DNA of 64,000 bases from Bacillus subtilis subsp. subtilis str. 168 (GCF_000009045.1 NC_000964.3:1674001-1738000); one strand, 5' to 3'. Numbered from the stretch's first letter, positions 20,119 through 30,210 are shown. Notes: a model not told the origin generated them from the letters alone. Translations and numbers: made by a program.

Positions 20119-21135
20119 ATGGCGAGACGTGATCAAGATAAGCTTACAGGAAAACAAAAAGCAGCCATTCTCATGATTTCCTTGGGGTTAGATGTGTCAG
20201 CTTCTGTCTATAAGCACTTAACCGATGAAGAAATTGAAAGGCTTACTCTGGAAATATCAGGTGTTCGAAGCGTCGATCATCAAAAAAAGGATGAAATCAT
20301 AGAAGAATTTCATAATATAGCCATTGCGCAAGATTATATTTCTCAAGGCGGTTTAAGCTATGCAAGACAAGTTCTGGAAAAGGCGCTTGGAGAGGATAAG
20401 GCGGAGAACATTCTAAACAGGCTGACTTCTTCTTTGCAGGTTAAACCATTTGATTTTGCCAGAAAAGCGGAGCCAGAACAAATTTTGAATTTTATCCAGC
20501 AAGAGCATCCGCAGACGATGGCGTTAATCTTGTCTTATTTAGATCCAGTGCAGGCCGGGCAAATTTTATCCGAGCTGAACCCTGAAGTGCAGGCTGAGGT
20601 TGCGAGAAGAATCGCGGTCATGGATAGAACGTCTCCAGAAATAATTAACGAGGTAGAACGGATTCTGGAACAAAAATTATCTTCTGCATTTACTCAGGAT
20701 TATACACAAACAGGCGGAATTGAAGCTGTTGTGGAAGTGTTAAACGGGGTAGACAGAGGGACAGAGAAGACGATCTTGGATTCATTGGAAATTCAGGATC
20801 CCGATCTTGCTGAAGAGATTAAAAAGCGGATGTTTGTCTTCGAAGATATTGTCACACTTGATAACCGTGCAATTCAGAGAGTCATTCGCGATGTTGAGAA
20901 CGACGATTTGCTCCTTTCATTAAAGGTTGCAAGCGAGGAAGTCAAAGAAATTGTGTTCAACAATATGTCACAGCGTATGGTTGAAACCTTCAAAGAAGAA
21001 ATGGAGTTTATGGGCCCTGTACGTTTGAAAGATGTAGAAGAAGCTCAATCAAGAATTGTAAGCATCGTCAGAAAGCTTGAAGAAGCCGGTGAAATTGTAA
21101 TAGCAAGAGGCGGAGGGGATGATATTATTGTCTAA
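20119..21135 (+). CDS. fliG: Flagellar motor switch protein FliG
   Basis: KAAILMISLG, EHPQTMALIL, GGIEAV and MFVFEDI. Confidence 0.99.
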   Translation: MARRDQDKLTGKQKAAILMISLGLDVSASVYKHLTDEEIERLTLEISGVRSVDHQKKDEIIEEFHNIAIAQDYISQGGLSYARQVLEKALGEDKAENILNRLTSSLQVKPFDFARKAEPEQILNFIQQEHPQTMALILSYLDPVQAGQILSELNPEVQAEVARRIAVMDRTSPEIINEVERILEQKLSSAFTQDYTQTGGIEAVVEVLNGVDRGTEKTILDSLEIQDPDLAEEIKKRMFVFEDIVTLDNRAIQRVIRDVENDDLLLSLKVASEEVKEIVFNNMSQRMVETFKEEMEFMGPVRLKDVEEAQSRIVSIVRKLEEAGEIVIARGGGDDIIV

Positions 21136-21880
21136 TATCATTAAACAAGAATCATCTATTTCTCCACAAAAGGAAAAAAGAAAACTTTCTATACAAGAGG
21201 TGCGTATTGATCATTCTCACCTTTTGCAGGCTGAAGAGAACCCGGAGGCGCTTATGGCCCGAGTGAAAGAGGAAGCTGACCGGATTTCTGAGCAGGCAAA
21301 CAGTCATATAGAAAATATTCGCCGTCAAATTGAACAGGAGAAAAACGATTGGGCGGCTGAAAAACAGAAGCTTATTGAAGAAGCAAAAGCCGAGGGCTTT
21401 GAACAAGGAGTAGCGCTGGGCAAAGCTGAGGCAATGAAACAGTATGCAGAACTGATCGGCCAAGCAAACAGTATAACTGAAATGTCCAGAAAAGCTGTTG
21501 AGGACAAGCTTGAAGACGCTAATGAAGAAATCGTTGAGCTTGCCGTTGCCCTAGCAAAAAAAGTTTGGCAGCAAAAGTCTGATGATAAAGAGGCTTTCCT
21601 CCTGCTTGTACAACAGGTTATAAACGAAGTGAAGGAATATGACGATATATCAATTTATGTTGATCCATATTACTATGAGACAATCTTTCAGCAAAAAGAT
21701 GAAATCCAGCAGCTTCTTTATAAAGAATGTCGGCTTGGCATATATGCTGATGAAAAAGCTCAAAAAGGAACCTGTTATATTGAAACTCCTTTTGGCAGGG
21801 TAGATGCGAGTGTTGACACACAATTGATGCAATTGAAAGATAAACTTCTGACAGCGCTGGAAGCAGGTGCAGCTGAATGA
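21128..21880 (+). CDS. fliH: Flagellar export ATPase regulator FliH (~250 aa)
   Basis: GxxxG repeats (EGFEQGVALG) and GTCYIETPFGRVDAS; TTG 21128 correctly spaced from GGAGGGG. Confidence 0.93.
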   Translation: MSNIIKQESSISPQKEKRKLSIQEVRIDHSHLLQAEENPEALMARVKEEADRISEQANSHIENIRRQIEQEKNDWAAEKQKLIEEAKAEGFEQGVALGKAEAMKQYAELIGQANSITEMSRKAVEDKLEDANEEIVELAVALAKKVWQQKSDDKEAFLLLVQQVINEVKEYDDISIYVDPYYYETIFQQKDEIQQLLYKECRLGIYADEKAQKGTCYIETPFGRVDASVDTQLMQLKDKLLTALEAGAAE

Positions 21881-23193
21881 AGACACAGAGTCTGATAGAT
21901 TGTATAGAAATGACAGACTCGTATAAACGGTACGGAAAAGTCAAGCGGGTAATCGGCTTGATGATTGAATCAAAAGGGCCAGCAAGCTCAATTGGTGACC
22001 TGTGCCTGATTTATGCAAAAGGACAGTCTGGGAAAGTCATTAAAGCTGAGGTAGTCGGCTTCCAGGAAGAAAATATTTTGCTTATGCCTTATTTAGAGGC
22101 TGCGAGCATTGCACCTGGCAGCATTGTAGAAGCTACTGGGGAATCACTTCGGGTTAAAGTTGGGACCGGACTGATCGGACAAGTCATCGATGCTTTTGGA
22201 GAACCGCTTGACGGAAAGCTTCTGCCGAAAGGGCTTTCGCCTGTATCAACGGAGCAATCACCGCCTAACCCGATGAAACGGCCGCCTATCCGTGAAAAGA
22301 TGGGTGTTGGAGTCAGATCAATTGACAGCTTGCTGACAGTCGGTAAAGGCCAGCGGATTGGAATTTTTGCAGGAAGCGGTGTCGGAAAAAGCACCTTAAT
22401 GGGGATGATCGCCAAGCAGACAGAGGCTGACTTAAACGTCATTGCACTTGTCGGAGAACGCGGACGAGAGGTTCGGGAGTTTATTGAAAAAGATCTGGGG
22501 AAAGAGGGGCTGAAACGATCGATTGTAGTCGTTGCCACCTCAGACCAGCCAGCATTAATGAGATTGAAAGCGGCATATACAGCGACTGCAATTGCCGAGT
22601 ATTTCCGAGATAAAGGCCAAAATGTCATGTTTATGATGGATTCTGTTACAAGGGTGGCAATGGCGCAGCGAGAGATTGGACTGGCTGCAGGAGAGCCTCC
22701 GACGACAAAAGGCTATACACCTTCAGTGTTCGCTATTTTACCTCGTTTACTAGAACGAACAGGTGCAAACGAGCATGGAACCATTACGGCATTTTATACA
22801 GTGTTGGTAGATGGGGATGACATGAATGAGCCGATTGCCGATACCGTACGCGGAATTTTAGACGGGCATATTGTGTTGGACAGGGCGCTTGCCAATAAAG
22901 GCCAGTTTCCTGCAGTTAACGTACTAAAAAGCATCAGCAGGGTGATGTCAAACATTTCAACAAAACAGCATCTGGATGCGGCAAATAAATTCCGTGAACT
23001 TTTATCGACATATCAAAATTCGGAAGATCTCATTAATATCGGAGCTTACAAAAGAGGATCATCCAGAGAAATTGATGAAGCGATACAATTTTATCCGCAG
23101 CTTATTCAATTTTTAAAGCAGGGAACAGACGAACCGGCTTTATTGGAAGAAAGCATTGCTGCATTAACTAGTTTGACAGGAAATGAGGAATAA
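21877..23193 (+). CDS. fliI: Flagellum-specific export ATPase FliI
   Basis: GSGVGKST Walker A, MDSVTR and LDGHIVL; ATGA overlap with fliH. Confidence 0.99.
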   Translation: MKTQSLIDCIEMTDSYKRYGKVKRVIGLMIESKGPASSIGDLCLIYAKGQSGKVIKAEVVGFQEENILLMPYLEAASIAPGSIVEATGESLRVKVGTGLIGQVIDAFGEPLDGKLLPKGLSPVSTEQSPPNPMKRPPIREKMGVGVRSIDSLLTVGKGQRIGIFAGSGVGKSTLMGMIAKQTEADLNVIALVGERGREVREFIEKDLGKEGLKRSIVVVATSDQPALMRLKAAYTATAIAEYFRDKGQNVMFMMDSVTRVAMAQREIGLAAGEPPTTKGYTPSVFAILPRLLERTGANEHGTITAFYTVLVDGDDMNEPIADTVRGILDGHIVLDRALANKGQFPAVNVLKSISRVMSNISTKQHLDAANKFRELLSTYQNSEDLINIGAYKRGSSREIDEAIQFYPQLIQFLKQGTDEPALLEESIAALTSLTGNEE

Positions 23194-23195
23194 AC

Positions 23196-23639
23196 GTGGC
23201 TTATCAATTTAGATTCCAAAAGCTGCTGGAACTAAAAGAAAATGAAAAAGACCAATCCTTATCCGAATATCAGCAATCAGTTTCTGAATTTGAAAACGTT
23301 GCTGAAAAATTATATGAGAATATGAGCAAAAAGGAATTGCTGGAACAAAATAAGGAAAAGAAATTAAAAAGCGGCATGAGTGTACAAGAAATGAGGCACT
23401 ACCAACAATTTGTCTCAAATCTTGATAATACGATCTATCACTATCAAAAGCTTGTCATTATGAAAAGAAATCAAATGAATCAAAAACAAGAAATTTTGAC
23501 AGAGAAAAACATTGAAGTGAAAAAGTTTGAAAAAATGCGTGAAAAACAGTTTAAAATGTTTGCTCTTGAAGATAAAGCTGCAGAAATGAAAGAAATGGAC
23601 GATATTTCGATTAAGCAGTTTATGATTCAAGGCCATTAG
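23196..23639 (+). CDS. fliJ: Flagellar export chaperone FliJ
   Basis: FRFQKLLELK N-terminus, coiled coil, EMKEMDD tail; GTG start. Confidence 0.95.
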   Translation: MAYQFRFQKLLELKENEKDQSLSEYQQSVSEFENVAEKLYENMSKKELLEQNKEKKLKSGMSVQEMRHYQQFVSNLDNTIYHYQKLVIMKRNQMNQKQEILTEKNIEVKKFEKMREKQFKMFALEDKAAEMKEMDDISIKQFMIQGH

Positions 23640-23650
23640 GAGCGAATGTA

Positions 23651-24265
23651 ATGTCCGGCAAAAAGAAAGAATCAGGTAAGTTCCGTTCGGTTTTGCTTAT
23701 CATTATCCTCCCGCTGATGTTTCTATTAATCGCAGGGGGGATTGTTCTTTGGGCTGCTGGTATCAATGTCTTAAAGCCGATACAGGATGCTGCGGCAAAA
23801 ACGCCGGTTCTTAAAGAATTGGTCCCTGAAACCGAAAATAAAAAAGGCGCAGCATCAAGTAAGGATAGCAGTAATACGGCAGCTCTGGAAAAGACCATTA
23901 AGGATCAAAAAAGTGAAATCAGTATATTGAATAAAGATTTAGAAACAAGTAAATCAGAAATCGACAGGCTCAATCAAAAGATCCGTTCACTTGAAAAGAC
24001 GGCTGAGGATCAAAAAAAGTCATCAGAAGATCATACTGAAGGATCAGCAGACTCGAAAGCTTCTTCTGAAAATGACAAAGTGATCAGTGTGTACAAAAGC
24101 ATGGACAGCGGAAAGGCTGCTAAAATTATTGCCCAATTAAAGGAGCAAGAAGCACTGAAAATATTGAATGGCCTAAGCAAAAAGCAGCTTGCTGACATAT
24201 TGGCGAAAATGACTCCTGAGCAAGCAGCAACCTATACAGAAAAAATTGCTGCCAGCCAAGAATAG
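23651..24265 (+). CDS. ylxF: YlxF, membrane-anchored coiled-coil protein with MgtE-N/MotE-like C-terminal helices
   Basis: One N-terminal TM helix, coiled coil, MDSGKAAKIIAQL...LADILAKMTPEQAA. Confidence 0.88.
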   Translation: MSGKKKESGKFRSVLLIIILPLMFLLIAGGIVLWAAGINVLKPIQDAAAKTPVLKELVPETENKKGAASSKDSSNTAALEKTIKDQKSEISILNKDLETSKSEIDRLNQKIRSLEKTAEDQKKSSEDHTEGSADSKASSENDKVISVYKSMDSGKAAKIIAQLKEQEALKILNGLSKKQLADILAKMTPEQAATYTEKIAASQE

Positions 24266-24277
24266 GGGGAATGAAAG

Positions 24278-25741
24278 GTGAAGCTGCTTGAATTAGCCGG
24301 ACCTTTGCTGCAAACCACAACGGGTTCTGCCGCTAAAAACATGAAAAGTAGCCAGGGAGTTTTTCAAAACTGGCTTATGTCTGAGGCTGGATTGAAGGAA
24401 CTTTCAGAACAAGGAAAGGGAACTCCTAATTCTGAAGATCAGCTTTTAGCAGATGCGCTTAAAAAGATCGGTGAATGGCTAAATGCAAGTCCTGAAGATC
24501 AAGACAAACAAAATGCGGATCTTTTGCAAACATTAAGCAAACTGACAGGGAAGCAATTGGATGCGAATGCTCTGCAAATGTTGCAAAATCTTTTGCAAGC
24601 AGTTGAATCAAAAATGTCAGGCGGGACGGATCAATTGCTCACAGAAACGGAGAAAATCTTTTCAGAAGCTAAAACGGCTCTGAGTGCCAATGATTCTGCT
24701 TCTGACATTAATGGAGCACTGAAGTCTGATAAAGAGCAATCAAATCAGGAAAATGAAGTATCCGAGCCTGCAAAAGAGCTTATCTATATCCAGATGTTCA
24801 TTAGCCAGCTCGTAGAAGGGAATAAGCTGACTGATCTCGGGAATGGCAATGAAGCTCATGCCATTTACCAAAATGGAGATCAATTCCTTTCTGCATTAGA
24901 AAAGAAGGGTGTATCTCAACAACTAATTCAGGATCTTAAACAGCAAATATTCACTAAAGCTGAGTCAAGTTCAAAACTTTACTCGATGACAGCGTCAGAG
25001 CTGAAAAGTTTTCAAAGCTTAATGGATCAAATGTCTATGCTTCCTCAAAAAGGGACCAAAGAATGGAGTTTAGCTGAAAGCCAGCTGAAAGCCTTCTTGT
25101 TATCGAAATCATCCGAATCATCACAAGACTTTGGGAAGAGTGTTCTCACACCGCTCTCGCAGAGTTCATCCAGCAAAAATGCATCGGATGTTTCTGGAAG
25201 TATTCAGCCTGTAGATAGTAAATCAGGACTCCAAATGCTGTTTTCGGGGTATCGGGGCATAGGAGGAGTTCAAACACTTGATCTGCAGCAGATGTCATCT
25301 GATATACCAAATGCCGAAACAAAAACGGTGGCTGATCAAGTGATTAATGCGTGGAAGCAGATGAAATATACGCCTTTCGGCAGATCGACGGGAAGTTTCA
25401 CTATTCGGCTGAACCCTGAACATTTAGGATTTGTCACAATCAAGCTGACAAATGAAAATGGAATGTTTCAGAGTAAAATCATAGCATCTAGCCAATCAGC
25501 AAAAGAATTGCTTGAACAGCATCTTCCTCAGCTGAAGCAATCATTGCCGAATATGGCCGTCCAAATTGACCGTTTTACTCTTCCGGTCCAAAGCGGGGAT
25601 CAGCCGATATACGGCCAGCTTGCTGATGAACAGAAACAGCAGCAAGAGGGGCAGAGACAGCAAAGACAGAAAAAGCAATCAAATGATTTTGGCGATCTGC
25701 TCGATGAAGTGTCGATGGTTGAAATGGAGGAAGAAGAATGA
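24278..25741 (+). CDS. fliK: Flagellar hook-length control protein FliK (487 aa)
   Basis: IRLNPEHLGFVTI...LEQHLPQLKQSL switch domain; acidic tail; GTG after GGGGGA. Confidence 0.95.
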   Translation: MKLLELAGPLLQTTTGSAAKNMKSSQGVFQNWLMSEAGLKELSEQGKGTPNSEDQLLADALKKIGEWLNASPEDQDKQNADLLQTLSKLTGKQLDANALQMLQNLLQAVESKMSGGTDQLLTETEKIFSEAKTALSANDSASDINGALKSDKEQSNQENEVSEPAKELIYIQMFISQLVEGNKLTDLGNGNEAHAIYQNGDQFLSALEKKGVSQQLIQDLKQQIFTKAESSSKLYSMTASELKSFQSLMDQMSMLPQKGTKEWSLAESQLKAFLLSKSSESSQDFGKSVLTPLSQSSSSKNASDVSGSIQPVDSKSGLQMLFSGYRGIGGVQTLDLQQMSSDIPNAETKTVADQVINAWKQMKYTPFGRSTGSFTIRLNPEHLGFVTIKLTNENGMFQSKIIASSQSAKELLEQHLPQLKQSLPNMAVQIDRFTLPVQSGDQPIYGQLADEQKQQQEGQRQQRQKKQSNDFGDLLDEVSMVEMEEEE

Positions 25742-26160
25742 CTTCTATAAGTTCAGAATATAAACTGCCTGAAAAAACGAACACTGTGTCGACGAACAAC
25801 AGCAGCTTGGGGAAAGACGAGTTTTTAAAAATATTAATGACTCAAGTTCAAAACCAAGATCCGCTTAACCCGATTGACGATAAAGAATTTATCAGCCAGA
25901 TGGCGACTTTTTCAAGCTTGGAGCAAATGATGAATCTGAATACGACAATGACTCAATTCGTTGAAAACCAAGATCCGTTTACAACGTATGTTGATTGGAT
26001 GGGAAAAGAAGTATCTTGGACTGATGGTAAAAGTGCAACAGATAAAACAGGCACAGTAAGCTCTGTTAAACATTTTAAAGGAAATTATTATCTCGTTCTT
26101 GATGATGGGACCGAGATCAGTCCTGCGAATGTCATGTCTGTGGGACAATCATCTAAATAA
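25738..26160 (+). CDS. flgD: Flagellar hook cap FlgD (YlxG)
   Basis: FLKILMTQVQNQDPLNP...FISQMATFSSLEQ. Confidence 0.96.
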   Translation: MTSISSEYKLPEKTNTVSTNNSSLGKDEFLKILMTQVQNQDPLNPIDDKEFISQMATFSSLEQMMNLNTTMTQFVENQDPFTTYVDWMGKEVSWTDGKSATDKTGTVSSVKHFKGNYYLVLDDGTEISPANVMSVGQSSK

Positions 26161-26181
26161 AAACATCTGGGGGAATATATT

Positions 26182-26976
26182 ATGTTACGTTCACTTTATT
26201 CTGGAATCAGCGGTATGAAAAACTTTCAAACAAAGCTTGACGTAATCGGTAACAACATTGCCAACGTAAATACAGTAGGATTCAAAAAGAGCCGTGTGAC
26301 CTTTAAAGATATGGTAAGCCAAACGATTGCCGGCGGTTCTGCTGCTGGTGCAACAATCGGCGGAACAAACTCTAAGCAAATCGGTTTAGGTTCATCATCT
26401 GGCACAATTGATACAATTCATTCAACAAGCGCGACACAAAGCACAGGAAGAACACTTGATTTAGCAATTGACGGCGACGGTTACTTCCGAATTGATACAG
26501 GTGACGGGACAGCTTATACAAGAGCAGGGAACTTCTATTTAGATAATACTGGAACACTGGTTACAGGTGATGGCTACCATGTACTAAATATGAATGGCGG
26601 AACAATTAAAATTCCTACTGATGCTCAAAGCTTTAGCATTGGTTCTGATGGAAAGGTGTCAATTGTTGATGCTGAGGGGAAAACACAAGACGGGGGACAA
26701 ATCGGGATTGTTACTTTTGCCAACAGTGATGGATTGGATAAAATCGGAAGCAACCTATACCGTGAATCTTTAAACTCTGGAACGGCCAGTGCAGCGAACC
26801 AGCCTGGTGACGGCGGAACTGGTGCTCTTAAATCAGGATTTCTCGAAATGTCTAACGTCGATTTAACTGACGAATTTACTGAAATGATCGTAGCCCAGCG
26901 CGGATTCCAATCAAACTCAAAAATTATTACAACATCTGATGAAATCCTTCAAGAACTGGTTAACCTTAAACGTTAA
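26182..26976 (+). CDS. flgE: Flagellar hook protein FlgE (short, 264 aa)
   Basis: GNNIANVNTVGFK, DLAIDGDGYF, YTRAG and LEMSNVDL. Confidence 0.95.
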   Translation: MLRSLYSGISGMKNFQTKLDVIGNNIANVNTVGFKKSRVTFKDMVSQTIAGGSAAGATIGGTNSKQIGLGSSSGTIDTIHSTSATQSTGRTLDLAIDGDGYFRIDTGDGTAYTRAGNFYLDNTGTLVTGDGYHVLNMNGGTIKIPTDAQSFSIGSDGKVSIVDAEGKTQDGGQIGIVTFANSDGLDKIGSNLYRESLNSGTASAANQPGDGGTGALKSGFLEMSNVDLTDEFTEMIVAQRGFQSNSKIITTSDEILQELVNLKR

Positions 26977-27015
26977 GGAGGGAGGGGAGGCGAGTAATCG
27001 CTTCTCCGCTGTTTT

Positions 27016-27231
27016 ATGATTAAAGTAACCCGTTTGAACGGGCAGCCCTTTACACTGAATGCGCTATTTATTGAACAGATTGAATGTTTTCCGGATACTA
27101 CAATTACTCTGTCAAATGGTAAGAAGTTTGTAGTAAAAGAAGATGAAGAAGCTGTTCTGGAAAAGATCGCAGCTTTCTACCGAAAAATACAAATATTTGC
27201 AATGGATCAAGGAATAGAGGAACCGGAATGA
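27016..27231 (+). CDS. swrD: SwrD (YlzI), FlbD-family swarming protein (71 aa)
   Basis: MIKVTRLNG...[19 protein letters not shown] FlbD signature. Confidence 0.92.
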
Positions 27232-27650
27232 AGAAAAAGTTAATGATCATATTACTAATTATTCTTATCGTAATTGGTGCTCTCGGGGCGGCGGCTTATT
27301 TTGTTTTAGGCGGAAAGTCCGAAAAAAGTGAAGCGAAAAAAAGTATTGATGAAATCGTTGCGTCTTCTGTTGATGTAGAAGAGATCACAACAAATTTAAA
27401 GTCTGATAACATTATCCGTCTTGCTATTAAACTTGAAACTGATTCTGATAAATCAAAAGAAGAACTTGAGAAACGTGATTTCCAAGTGAAAGACGCTGTT
27501 ATATCACTGCTGGCTGATACGAATGCTGATCAGATTGAGGGAGACAAGGGAAAAGAAACCTTTAAGAAGGAACTAAAAGATAAAATAAATAGCTACCTCC
27601 AAGAAGGAAAAGTAGAAAAAGTGTATATTACCTCCTTTAATCTGCAATAA
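27228..27650 (+). CDS. fliL: Flagellar protein FliL
   Basis: N-terminal TM helix, C-terminal VYITSFNLQ; ATGA overlap. Confidence 0.95.
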
Positions 27651-27683
27651 AGCATAATTTGACAGAATACGGAGGTGAGGAAA

Positions 27684-28682
27684 ATGTCAGGAGAAGTTCT
27701 CTCCCAAAATGAAATAGATGCACTGCTCTCTGCAATATCAACTGGTGAAATGGACGCTGAAGAGCTGAAAAAAGAAGAAAAAGAGAAGAAAGTCAAGGTT
27801 TATGATTTCAAACGTGCGCTGCGGTTTTCTAAGGATCAGATCCGCAGTTTAACGAGAATTCATGACAATTTTGCAAGACTTCTTACCACTCATTTTTCTG
27901 CTCAGCTCAGAACCTATATTCACATATCTGTCAGTTCTGTTGATCAGGTTCCGTATGAGGAATTTATCAGATCGATTCCAAACATGACGATTCTGAATCT
28001 ATTTGATGTTCATCCGATGGAAGGAAGAATTATGATGGAGGTCAACCCCACGATAGCTTATACGATGATGGATCGAGTCATGGGCGGGATTGGAATCAGT
28101 CATAACAAGGTTGACAGTTTGACAGAAATTGAAACAAAAATCATTTCTAATTTATTTGAAAATGCACTGGGTAATTATAAAGAAGCTTGGCAGTCAATTG
28201 CTGATATTGAACCGGAAATGACTGAGTTTGAAGTGAATCCGCAATTTGTTCAGATGGTATCTCCTAATGAAACAGTCGTGGTGATCTCGCTCAATACTCA
28301 AATTGGTGAAATCAGCGGTGTCATTAATCTCTGTATCCCGCATATTGTACTCGAGCCGCTCATACCGAAGCTTTCAGTCCACTATTGGATGCAATCAGAC
28401 CGAAATGAGCCAAAGCCTGAGGAAACAAAGTCGCTTGAAAAACGTATCATGACAGCACAAATACCTGTCGTGGCCGAGCTCGGCACATCTGAACTGACGA
28501 TAGAAGAGTTTTTAAGTTTAGAAGTCGGAGACTGCATAACTTTGGACAAATCAGTCACGGATCCTCTTACTGTATTGGTCGGAGATAAGCCGAAATTTTT
28601 AGGACAAGCCGGCCGGGTGAATCGAAAACAGGCAGTGCAAATTTTAGATCACGACATAAGAGGTGAACAAGATGGAGAATAA
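27684..28682 (+). CDS. fliM: Flagellar motor switch protein FliM (332 aa)
   Basis: LSQNEIDALL CheY-binding peptide and YDFKRALRFSKDQ; ATG 27684 after GGAGGTG. Confidence 0.98.
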   Translation: MSGEVLSQNEIDALLSAISTGEMDAEELKKEEKEKKVKVYDFKRALRFSKDQIRSLTRIHDNFARLLTTHFSAQLRTYIHISVSSVDQVPYEEFIRSIPNMTILNLFDVHPMEGRIMMEVNPTIAYTMMDRVMGGIGISHNKVDSLTEIETKIISNLFENALGNYKEAWQSIADIEPEMTEFEVNPQFVQMVSPNETVVVISLNTQIGEISGVINLCIPHIVLEPLIPKLSVHYWMQSDRNEPKPEETKSLEKRIMTAQIPVVAELGTSELTIEEFLSLEVGDCITLDKSVTDPLTVLVGDKPKFLGQAGRVNRKQAVQILDHDIRGEQDGE

Positions 28683-29808
28683 TAGATTATCTCAAGATGA
28701 GATTGACGCGCTTCTTAACGGTACTGGCAGCACGCTTGATGAGCCAGAGATTCCGGAAGTAGATGACTTATCGGAAATGGAGCGTGATGCGATCGGTGAA
28801 ATCGGTAATATTTCATTCGGCAGTTCTGCGACAGCACTGTCAACGCTTTTAAATCAAAAGGTCGATATTACGACTCCAAGCGTAACGGTCATTCCAAGAA
28901 GTAAAATCAGCGATGCGTTTCCTGAACCGTATGTAGCGATTGAAGTGAATTATACGGAGGGCTTCAGCGGAAGCAACCTGTTAGTCGTGGAACAAAGTGA
29001 CGCGGCGATCATTGCGGACTTAATGATCGGGGGAGACGGAAAAGGTGCGGACCCTTCACTGGGTGAAATCCATTTAAGTGCGGTTCAAGAAGCAATGAAC
29101 CAAATGATGGGATCGGCTGCCACATCAATGTCTACTGTATTCAGTAAAAAAATTGATATTTCACCTCCTCGGGTTGAATTGCTGGATGTTACTGAAGAAA
29201 AGGGTACAGACCGTATTCCTGATGATGAAATGCTGGTGAAAGTTTCTTTCAACTTAAAGGTGGGAGAATTAATAGACTCCAGCATTATGCAACTTTACCC
29301 ATTGACATTTGCGAAAGATTTAATTTCAAGCCTTATGAACTCAGAAAGTGCAGAGGAAGAAGAAACGGTGCAGCCTGAAGTTACATACGAACAGCCGAAA
29401 GAGCCTGTGACGCCAGAGCCGCGTATTGAACCGAAGCAACAGCAGCAGCCGCCAAAAAGGCAGGGAACAGCAAAAAAAGCAGCGCCAGTTCAGGTTTCAC
29501 CGGTGGAATTTTCCGCGTTTGATCCAAACGAAGCTGTACAAGCCCCTATTCATAATCTGGATATGCTTTTGGATATCCCGCTTTCGATTACTGTTGAGCT
29601 TGGCAGAACGAAGAGAAGCGTAAAAGAGATTTTAGAGCTTTCTGCCGGAAGTATTATCGAGCTTGATAAATTAGCCGGTGAGCCTGTAGATATTTTAGTT
29701 AATCAGCGTATCGTTGCCAAAGGCGAGGTCGTTGTCATTGAAGAAAACTTCGGAGTGAGAGTCACTGACATTTTAAGCCAGGCAGAGCGCATTAATAATT
29801 TAAAATAA
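28672..29808 (+). CDS. fliY: C-ring switch phosphatase FliY (378 aa)
   Basis: LSQDEIDALL, two CheC-type ExxN motifs (EIGN, EAMN) and a FliN-like C-terminus. Confidence 0.97.
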   Translation: MENNRLSQDEIDALLNGTGSTLDEPEIPEVDDLSEMERDAIGEIGNISFGSSATALSTLLNQKVDITTPSVTVIPRSKISDAFPEPYVAIEVNYTEGFSGSNLLVVEQSDAAIIADLMIGGDGKGADPSLGEIHLSAVQEAMNQMMGSAATSMSTVFSKKIDISPPRVELLDVTEEKGTDRIPDDEMLVKVSFNLKVGELIDSSIMQLYPLTFAKDLISSLMNSESAEEEETVQPEVTYEQPKEPVTPEPRIEPKQQQQPPKRQGTAKKAAPVQVSPVEFSAFDPNEAVQAPIHNLDMLLDIPLSITVELGRTKRSVKEILELSAGSIIELDKLAGEPVDILVNQRIVAKGEVVVIEENFGVRVTDILSQAERINNLK

Positions 29809-29833
29809 CGAAACACAAGGAGAGAGATAGATT

Positions 29834-30196
29834 ATGGCACATAGAATTTTAATTGTAGATGACGCAGCATTTATGCGAATGATGATTAAAGATATTTTGG
29901 TTAAAAATGGTTTTGAAGTTGTGGCGGAAGCTGAAAATGGAGCACAAGCGGTAGAGAAATATAAAGAGCATTCACCTGACCTTGTTACTATGGATATCAC
30001 GATGCCAGAAATGGATGGTATTACAGCATTAAAAGAAATTAAACAAATTGATGCGCAGGCAAGAATCATCATGTGTTCTGCTATGGGACAGCAATCAATG
30101 GTTATTGATGCCATTCAGGCCGGCGCTAAGGATTTCATTGTGAAACCTTTCCAGGCTGACCGTGTGCTTGAAGCAATCAACAAAACATTAAATTAA
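29834..30196 (+). CDS. cheY: Chemotaxis response regulator CheY
   Basis: ILIVDDAAFMR, MDITMP (phospho-Asp) and FIVKPF. Confidence 0.99.
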   Translation: MAHRILIVDDAAFMRMMIKDILVKNGFEVVAEAENGAQAVEKYKEHSPDLVTMDITMPEMDGITALKEIKQIDAQARIIMCSAMGQQSMVIDAIQAGAKDFIVKPFQADRVLEAINKTLN

Positions 30197-30210
30197 AGGG
30201 TGTACGACTG

